Positions 1-6,151 of a stretch of 16,795 nucleotides of DNA are shown one piece after another (the first letter of the stretch is position 1; each line of letters starts with the position of its first letter). The notes beneath the pieces are model-generated. The model was not told the DNA's origin. It made no database searches and saw only the letters and a list, made by a program, of their open reading frames with translations. Source of the stretch: Pedosphaera sp. (GTDB lineage: Bacteria; Verrucomicrobiota; Verrucomicrobiia; Limisphaerales; SIBH01). The stretch is taken from assembly GCA_031414955.1 (NCBI GenBank), contig JANOQV010000117.1, forward strand, positions 1 to 16,795. The letters run 5' to 3'. The translations under genes and the position numbers were made by a program.

Positions 1-108
1 CGCCAAGCTCTTGTCTTGGGCCCGGGCGCGCAGCGCAATCACTGCGGCCGCGGCCAACGCCGCCGCGAGCATGCCGCCGGCCAGACCCGTGAGCGCGCGC
101 CGCGACAC
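1..108 (-). CDS. Possible 5' end of a divergent gene for an exported or membrane protein (runs off the window edge)
   Basis: Minus-strand frame from GTG at 108-106 reads (M)SRRALTGLAGGMLAAALAAAAVIALRARAQDKSLA to position 1 without a stop: basic N-terminus plus a hydrophobic stretch. GGAGG lies upstream. Only 36 codons are visible. Confidence 0.35.
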   Translation of the reverse strand, partial: MSRRALTGLAGGMLAAALAAAAVIALRARAQDKSLA

Positions 109-282
109 ATCGGCGCCCCACTCCGCCTCCGGATTTTCAGAACGGGGCTGAGGTTTTCCGGCTGGCGCTTTCTGCGGCCCTCCCGCCGCTGCGGTGCCAC
201 CGGGTGTCAGGTGCCGCTACACCGCAGCAGAGTTCCCGCAGATTCAAAACGGCCCCGGCCAGGTTGCCGGCGCTCCCAGGGA

Positions 283-330
283 TTTACGCGCGCTTAACAA
301 TTCTCCACGCGCGGCACACGGTTGCTTAAC
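283..330 (+). promoter_or_regulatory. Phased direct-repeat box, copy 1 (TTTAC-N6-TTAAC-AATTC-N11-CACAC-N6-TTAAC), putative transcription-factor site
   Basis: 35/48 gapless identity (manual count) to 2119-2166. Conserved pentamers at offsets 0, 11, 32 and 43 fall in helical phase. Confidence 0.7.
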
Positions 331-375
331 CCTGTGGGCTGAGGATCGGCGCGTGAAGCTGAACGTCATTGGTTT

Positions 376-510
376 GAAAACCCCAAGTCCCAAGACTCCA
401 ACCCCAGGGAAGCTCCAAGCGCCAAGCATCCATAGCGCCGGTGAACGTGTGGCCTGGGAACTTGAGATTTGGAACTTCCCTGGTGCTTGGGGTTTGGGAT
501 TTGGGATTTC
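376..510. repeat. Imperfect inverted-repeat element built from ~7-nt CCAA-containing units
   Basis: Left arm 376-432 (gaaaaccccaagtcccaagactccaaccccagggaagctccaagcgccaagcatcca) is complementary to right arm 455-510 (reverse complement gaaatcccaaatcccaaaccccaagcaccagggaagttccaaatctcaagttccca). Shared core is CCAGGGAAGyTCCAA. Confidence 0.85.
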
Positions 511-561
511 CAGACAGCATGGAATCACCTTCCCTCCCAACTCGGCCTCCGCCCGGCCTCG

Positions 562-570
562 TGCTAGAGT
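562..570 (+). promoter_or_regulatory. Putative extended -10 element (TGcTAGAGT) of a leaderless promoter
   Basis: TGn-TAnnnT ends 7 nt before the ATG at 578; no Shine-Dalgarno sequence in between. Confidence 0.45.
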
Positions 571-577
571 GCCCGCG

Positions 578-2113
578 ATGAATCGCCTGCTCGTCCTCGC
601 CTGTCTCTGGTTCGCCTGCGTCGCGCACGCGGTGCCGCAGAACATCCTGCTCATCATCGCCGATGATTACGGGGCGGACAGCAGTTCGCTTTACAACTCC
701 ACCAACGCCGGCGCGTCGCTGCCGCCCACGCCGAACCTGGCCGCGCTCGCGACCAACGGCGTCGTCTTCCGCAACGCTTACGCCAACCCCGTTTGCTCGC
801 CGACGCGGGCGTGTTTGATCACCGGGCGTTACAGCTTCCGCACGGGCGTGGGGGACGTGATTCTCGGCCCAGGCAGCACCACGCTCACGGCGGCGGAGTT
901 GACCCTGCCCGAAGTGTTCGCCGCGAACCCGGCGCTGAATTATCAGCTCGCTCATTTCGGCAAATGGCATTTGAACAACCAGGCGAACAGCCCAACCACC
1001 ATCGGCGGCTGGCCGACCTACGCCGGTTCGCTCGTGGGCGCGGTGGCGAGCTACACCAACTGGACCAAGACCACCAACGGCACTTCCTTCACGACCACGA
1101 ACTACGCGACGACGGACGTGGTGAACGACGCGGTGGCGTGGATCGCGGCGCGGACAAATCAGCCGTGGTTCGCGTGGGTGGCCTTCAACGCTCCGCACAC
1201 GCCGCTGCACAAGCCGCCCAATGCGCTGGCCCCGCACTACACCGGACTCTCCGGCACGCAGATGAACATCAACAACAACCCGCGACCTTATTACGAGGCG
1301 ATGGTCGAGGCGATGGATTCGGAGCTAGGCCGGTTGCTCGCCGCCGTGAACCGCACCGACACGCACATCATTTTCCTCGGCGACAACGGCACTACCAGCC
1401 AGGTCATCCAGTCGCCCTATTCGAGCGGGAAGGCGAAGGACACGATTTACGAAGGCGGCGTCAAGGTGCCGATGGTCGTCGCCGGCCCGGCGGTGGTGCA
1501 ACCCGGCCGCACGAACGACACGCTGGTTCACGCCGTGGATGTGTTCGCGACAATTCTGGCCATGGCCGGCATCAGCAACGCTGCGACGCTCACGGCCAAC
1601 ACGATCGACTCGCAAAGTTTTCTCCCGGCACTGACCAGCACCTCGAATCTGACGCGCTACGCATTTGCGGAAAAGTTCGGCACCAACGTGGCCGCCGACG
1701 ACGGGCGCGCGCTGCGGAACGCGCAGTTCAAGCTCCTGAGCTTCGATGGCGGCAACACGGAGTTCTACGACTTGCTCGTGGACCCGGCGGAGAAGACGAA
1801 CCTGTTGTCCGGCGCGCTGACGGCGACGCAGCAGGGGAATTACTACAGCCTCACCCTGCGGCTCGGCCTTTATCAGGACACGCTCGCTGCGCCCACAATC
1901 TCCAGCTCCACGCGGAGCAACGGGCAGTTCAGCGCCACCGTGCTGCTGGCGACAAACGTGGTCTTCAGCTTGTGGCGCGCGGCCACGCTCGATGCCCTGG
2001 CCTGGGCGCCGGTGACAAACGCCATGGTCGTGACCAACGGCTCCACGGTGCGCCTCACGGACCCGAGCGCGGCCACGGCAAACTTTTACCGGGTCGAGGC
2101 GAAAGCACCGTGA
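578..2113 (+). CDS. Secreted sulfatase-like hydrolase (formylglycine-dependent, Cys type) with a ~70-aa C-terminal beta-rich extension; 511 aa
   Basis: Signal peptide MNRLLVLACLWFACVAHA. Sulfatase motifs NILLIIADDYG, CSPTRACLITG (CxPxR), GKWHL, FNAPHTP, GDNG, YEGGVKVP. Start placed at ATG 578 rather than the ORF-track start at 194. Confidence 0.93.
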   Translation: MNRLLVLACLWFACVAHAVPQNILLIIADDYGADSSSLYNSTNAGASLPPTPNLAALATNGVVFRNAYANPVCSPTRACLITGRYSFRTGVGDVILGPGSTTLTAAELTLPEVFAANPALNYQLAHFGKWHLNNQANSPTTIGGWPTYAGSLVGAVASYTNWTKTTNGTSFTTTNYATTDVVNDAVAWIAARTNQPWFAWVAFNAPHTPLHKPPNALAPHYTGLSGTQMNINNNPRPYYEAMVEAMDSELGRLLAAVNRTDTHIIFLGDNGTTSQVIQSPYSSGKAKDTIYEGGVKVPMVVAGPAVVQPGRTNDTLVHAVDVFATILAMAGISNAATLTANTIDSQSFLPALTSTSNLTRYAFAEKFGTNVAADDGRALRNAQFKLLSFDGGNTEFYDLLVDPAEKTNLLSGALTATQQGNYYSLTLRLGLYQDTLAAPTISSSTRSNGQFSATVLLATNVVFSLWRAATLDALAWAPVTNAMVVTNGSTVRLTDPSAATANFYRVEAKAP

Positions 2114-2118
2114 GTCCT

Positions 2119-2166
2119 TTTACCTGCGCTTAACAATTCCCTCTCTTCGGCACACATTCACTTAAC
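2119..2166 (+). promoter_or_regulatory. Phased direct-repeat box, copy 2
   Basis: tttac ctgcgc ttaac aattc cctct cttcgg cacac attcac ttaac; same architecture and spacing as 283-330. Confidence 0.7.
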
Positions 2167-2218
2167 AGCGCGAGCCGTTGATCCACGCATGAGTTTGAAC
2201 GCAATAACCAACTTTTTT

Positions 2219-3958
2219 ATGAAGACAGCAATGCCCTCGCTGGTCCGCGCGGCCCTCGTGCTCGCCCTCGTTTCCGCCACCACGCTCCGTGCCGCGGACC
2301 CGCACACGGATTCGTGGTTCACGACTTACTCCGCCAAGTACGCGCGGATCTACACCACCGACGCCAACCAGACCGCCGGCAACTCCGTGAGCAACTGGAG
2401 CAACGGCACGCAGACGCAGGCGCTGCCGGCCTATTGTGGCGTGCAGGAAATTTATTCGTCGGCGGGCTGGGTCTATGTGCGCTCGACGGGGCTGGGCAGC
2501 CACGTCATGGGACCGTGGTTGAACGGCGCTTTTCCGAACCTGCCCAAGAACCAGAAAGTTTTCTACCGCATCCCGCGCACGCCCGTCGTGCCCGGGACGA
2601 AGACGCTGACCGGACTCGGTGCCATCGGCTATTTCGTGGATGGCGTGGCGATGTTTGATTCGCGCGACGGCTTCGTGTGGACGGGCAGCGCAGAGAGCGG
2701 CATGGGCACGGGCTACTGGAACCGAGAGGCGTATGTGAATGAAGGCGCGACTTTTGATCCCGGCTACGCGCATCAGGAGCAAAGCGGCACGCACCATTAC
2801 CACGCCAACCCGATCGCGTTGCGTTACCTGCTCGGCGACCATGTTGATTACGTCCCCGCGACGAAAACTTACGCCGAATCCACCAACGTCGTGACGAAGC
2901 ATTCGCCCATCCTCGGCTGGGTGCGCGACGGTTTTCCGATCTACGGGCCCTATGGCTACTCGGTTTCCAACAACGCCGCGAGCGGAGTGCGCCGGATGCT
3001 CTCGGGCTTTCAGCTTCGCAACGGCTCGCGCGGCACGGATAATTTGACGAACACGCTCCGCGCCAGCTTGCCAGCGTGGGCGGTGCGTCTTTACGGCACG
3101 AACACCTCCGGCCCGGACAATCTCGCCACCTATCCCGTCAGCCGCTACATGGAGGACAACGCGTTTCTCGGCGACCTCGGTTATGCGATGGGCACCGACT
3201 ACGACCTCGACGAATACAACGGGCGCTTCTGCGTGACGCCGGAATTTCCCGGCGGCACGTATGCCTACTTCGTCAGCATCAGCACTAATGGCACGCCGGT
3301 TTACCCTTACAACATCGGGCGCACCTTCTACGGCACGCCGAGCGGCGCGGCGGTCACGACGCTGGCGGAGACGGTGGCAACCAATTTCGTCGGTGGCGCG
3401 AGCGCGCCGCAGACTTTGGCCAAACCCACGGTGAGCGGTGGCAACGTGACACTGGTGTGGAGCGGCACCGAGGGCGGCACGTATCGCGTGGAAGGCACGA
3501 CGAACTTCACCACCTGGACGACGAACGCCACGAACCTCACCGCGCCCAACGGCACGGGCCGTTACACCAACAGCAGCACGGCGGGCCTCGGCTTCTACAA
3601 GATCGCGCGCACCGCGCTGGCGACTTACGACCTGGTCACCGGCGGCGGCGGTGGCAACGGCATTCTCGGCGTGTCGCCCAGCAACGCGTCGGTGGGCAGC
3701 ACTTTCACGCTCACGGTCAATCTGGATCCGGCGGTGAACCCTCCGCCGATGAATGCGCCGGTCAACAGCGTGACCATCGGCGCGATCGCCGGCACCAGCC
3801 GCATCCACGCCAGCGCCACGCAGGTGACGGCGAGCTTCACCATCCCGGTTGGCACCACGCCAGGCACCAACACCGTGACGGTGGTTTTCCCCGGCCCGCC
3901 GGGCAATCCGACCGCGACCGTGACCTACACGCTGCCGAATGGATTCATCATCAACTGA
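2219..3958 (+). CDS. Secreted YHYH-domain protein with C-terminal beta-rich/Ig-like domains; ~579 aa (alternative starts 2189, 2231)
   Basis: Signal peptide ...LVRAALVLALVSATTLRA. YHYH-family motifs IGYFVDGVAMF, AHQEQSGTHHYHANP, HSPILGWVRDGFPIYGPYG, DLDEYNGRFCVTPEFPGGTYAYF. Confidence 0.88.
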   Translation: MKTAMPSLVRAALVLALVSATTLRAADPHTDSWFTTYSAKYARIYTTDANQTAGNSVSNWSNGTQTQALPAYCGVQEIYSSAGWVYVRSTGLGSHVMGPWLNGAFPNLPKNQKVFYRIPRTPVVPGTKTLTGLGAIGYFVDGVAMFDSRDGFVWTGSAESGMGTGYWNREAYVNEGATFDPGYAHQEQSGTHHYHANPIALRYLLGDHVDYVPATKTYAESTNVVTKHSPILGWVRDGFPIYGPYGYSVSNNAASGVRRMLSGFQLRNGSRGTDNLTNTLRASLPAWAVRLYGTNTSGPDNLATYPVSRYMEDNAFLGDLGYAMGTDYDLDEYNGRFCVTPEFPGGTYAYFVSISTNGTPVYPYNIGRTFYGTPSGAAVTTLAETVATNFVGGASAPQTLAKPTVSGGNVTLVWSGTEGGTYRVEGTTNFTTWTTNATNLTAPNGTGRYTNSSTAGLGFYKIARTALATYDLVTGGGGGNGILGVSPSNASVGSTFTLTVNLDPAVNPPPMNAPVNSVTIGAIAGTSRIHASATQVTASFTIPVGTTPGTNTVTVVFPGPPGNPTATVTYTLPNGFIIN

Positions 3959-3977
3959 AACGATTTATTCTTCGCTG

Positions 3978-5879
3978 ATGATGCACGCCGAACTCCAAAG
4001 CGCGGATGGGTGGCACAGGCAGGCAGTTCGTGCTACCTCGGCGGCTGCGCTGGAGCGCCGAGCATCGCTCGGCCTGACGCCCGGTCGCACCTCCGAGCCG
4101 AGCAATGCTCGGCGCTCTGCTTTTGCCCTCGCCCTGCTGCTACTCACCCACTCCTGCTTGGCCGCCACGTTGGAAATTTCCCTCCGCCACACCTTCAACG
4201 GTGAACCGCTGCAACTCGACTCGGTGCGTTACCAGAATGCCGCCGGGGAAACCTTGTCGGTCACGCGAGCGGGCTGCCTTCTGACTGGCTTCGCCCTGGA
4301 GCGCAGCGACGGCTCATGGCTGGAATTCACCAATGCCCTCGCCTGGATGGACGCCGAGAAGGGGCGCACCTCCCTTCGCATCCCCGAAGTCCCTCCCGCC
4401 GTCTATCGCAGCCTGCGCTTCCACTTCGGCCCCGACGCCGCCGCAAACCACGCCGATCCCGCGAAGCTCGCCGCCGACCATCCACTCAACCCGAACCTCA
4501 ACGGCCTGCACTGGAACTGGCAGGGCGGCTACATTTTTCTGGCGCTCGAAGGACGGTGGCGGTCTGCCGCAGACCGGCCGCGAGATGCCGCCGCAAAACT
4601 AGATGGCTTCTCTTTCCACTTCGCGAACGATACGAACCGGACGCGCATCCATCTCGCCACTGCGATCGACCTTACGCGCGACGCCCGTCTCGAACTCGAC
4701 TTTGATCTCGCGCCTTTGTTTAACGCGCCGCGCCCGATCTCGTTCGTGAAGGACGGTTCCTCCACCCACTCGCGACCCGGCGATCCCATCGCGGCGTCGC
4801 TGCAGGCCAACCTTCCCGGTGCCTTTCGCGTGCGACGCGTCTCCAAGGTGGATGCGACAGACATAACGCCAGCAGTCGTGCGACCGCTTTATCTGCCCGC
4901 GAAATTCGCGCCCTACCGTTTCACCATGAGCGCGGTGTTTCCCATTCCTGATTTGCCGCGCGACAATCCGCTCATCGAAGAACGCGTGGTCTTGGGCGAA
5001 AAGTTGTTCCGCGAAACGGCCTTGTCGCGTGACGGCACGATCTCCTGTGTTTCGTGTCACGATTCCAAGGCCGCCTTCTCCGATCCGCGACGTTACAGCC
5101 TCGGTGTGCACAACCAGGCCGGCACGCGTCACGCCATGCCGCTGTTCAACCTCGCGTGGAAGAGCTCGTTCTTCTGGGATGGTCGCGCCCCGTCATTGCG
5201 GGTGCAGGCCCTGATGCCCATTCAGGATCACGTCGAGATGGATGAGTCGCTGAGCAATGTCGTGGTCAAGCTGGCGGCAAAGGATGGTTACGCGACCGGC
5301 TTCACCGCCGCCTTTGGTTCCCCGGTGATCACTCCGGAAAAAATCGGCCTGGCCATCGAGTCTTTCGTCCTCACTCTCACTTCCTTCGACTCCAAGTTCG
5401 ACCGCGCCTTTCGCGGTGAGGCGCGACTGACCGACGAGGAGAAGCGCGGCTTCGAGCTGTTCATGACCGAATACGATCCACGCCGTGAACAGTACGGTGC
5501 CGACTGTTTCCACTGCCACGGCGGGACGCTGTTCCAGAGCCAGACCTTCGCGAATAACGGACTCGACGCGAAATTCTCGGACTTGGGCCGCGCGAAAATT
5601 ACAGGCAAGGACTCCGACGCGGGGAAATTCTCCACGCCCTCGCTGCGGAACATCGCCCTGACTGCGCCCTACATGCACGACGGCCGTTTCGCCACGCTGG
5701 ACGAAGTTGTTGAGCACTACAGCTCGGGAGTGAAGCGCAGCGCCACGCTCGACCCGAACCTCGCCAAGCATCCCGAGGGCGGCTTGGGGCTGAGCGCCGA
5801 GGACAAGCGCGCTTTGGTGGCGTTTCTCAGGACGCTGACGGATGAGAAGTTTCAACCGGGCACGGTGGCTCCGCATTAA
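3978..5879 (+). CDS. Fusion of an MbnP-like copper-binding domain (N-terminal) and a di-heme cytochrome c peroxidase of MauG/MbnH type (C-terminal); ~633 aa
   Basis: Signal h-region AFALALLLLTHSCLA. MbnP-type motifs NHADP and LHWNWQGGYIF (WxW at 4512-4520). Peroxidase motifs LGEKLF..LSRDGTISCVSCH (5046-5060), FWDGRA, CFHCH (5505-5519), KFSTPSLRNIALTAPYMHDG. Starts 19 nt after the YHYH stop codon. Confidence 0.88.
   Translation: MMHAELQSADGWHRQAVRATSAAALERRASLGLTPGRTSEPSNARRSAFALALLLLTHSCLAATLEISLRHTFNGEPLQLDSVRYQNAAGETLSVTRAGCLLTGFALERSDGSWLEFTNALAWMDAEKGRTSLRIPEVPPAVYRSLRFHFGPDAAANHADPAKLAADHPLNPNLNGLHWNWQGGYIFLALEGRWRSAADRPRDAAAKLDGFSFHFANDTNRTRIHLATAIDLTRDARLELDFDLAPLFNAPRPISFVKDGSSTHSRPGDPIAASLQANLPGAFRVRRVSKVDATDITPAVVRPLYLPAKFAPYRFTMSAVFPIPDLPRDNPLIEERVVLGEKLFRETALSRDGTISCVSCHDSKAAFSDPRRYSLGVHNQAGTRHAMPLFNLAWKSSFFWDGRAPSLRVQALMPIQDHVEMDESLSNVVVKLAAKDGYATGFTAAFGSPVITPEKIGLAIESFVLTLTSFDSKFDRAFRGEARLTDEEKRGFELFMTEYDPRREQYGADCFHCHGGTLFQSQTFANNGLDAKFSDLGRAKITGKDSDAGKFSTPSLRNIALTAPYMHDGRFATLDEVVEHYSSGVKRSATLDPNLAKHPEGGLGLSAEDKRALVAFLRTLTDEKFQPGTVAPH
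4052..4118. repeat. GGAG-type REP-like doublet inside the 5' end of the MbnP/peroxidase ORF
   Basis: gagcgccgagcatcgctcggc (4053-4073) and gccgagcaatgctcggcgctc (4097-4117) are 20/21 inverted repeats; each arm is itself palindromic (gccgagc-N3-gctcggc). Confidence 0.85.
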
Positions 5880-5942
5880 ACGTGGTCTGCTCCTCCTGAA
5901 TCGGAGCGAGGGCAAAGTGGAAAATCTCGCTTTGTGATTCGG

Positions 5943-6052
5943 GCGGGTAGGGCGTCGCTGTCCTCAGCGCGCCGGGGTGAGGTGCCAACGAGTTCGAGTG
6001 GCCTTGGTCAGGCGGTGGCCCGGCGCGCTGGGGACAGCGACGCCCTACCCGC
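5943..6052. repeat. GTAG-type REP-like doublet (intergenic)
   Basis: 34-bp arms 5943-5976 and 6019-6052 are 33/34 complementary (the mismatch would be G-U in RNA). Arm begins gcggGTAGGGCG. Confidence 0.9.
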
Positions 6053-6151
6053 TCCGGCAATTCTCTCAAGCAAAACGCGCATTTATTCATGGCGCGCAGC
6101 ATCCGGGTTCTTCAAAGTCCGGCCGGATTTTCCCGAACTCACAGGATTGAT

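Noticed and set aside
312..326. Sigma54-like GGCAC...TTGC
   Set aside because: Spacing is GG-N9-GC rather than the required GG-N10-GC, and the TTGC part is absent in the second copy of the box.
194..577. ORF-track N-terminal extension of the sulfatase (start at 194)
   Set aside because: It runs through a regulatory box and a palindromic repeat. A clean signal peptide and a -10 element fit ATG 578. GTG 353 remains a minor alternative.
2162..3808. Long antisense and alternative-frame ORFs (e.g. 2162-3808, 6083-7738, 793-2133, 10567-11679, 13511-14686)
   Set aside because: They shadow well-supported genes, are Arg/Ala/Gly-rich without recognisable motifs, and are expected in high-GC DNA.
3939..3977. 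ORF-track start of the MbnP/H fusion at 3939
   Set aside because: It overlaps the YHYH gene end by 20 nt and adds a non-signal-like segment; ATG 3978/3981 is more plausible.
3978..5879. Methanobactin biosynthetic cluster
   Set aside because: No precursor peptide, MbnB/MbnC or TonB-dependent transporter gene is visible in the window.
5895..5943. Imperfect hairpin after the peroxidase stop as an intrinsic terminator
   Set aside because: The stem has a bulge, several G-U pairs and a large loop, and lacks a following U-tract.
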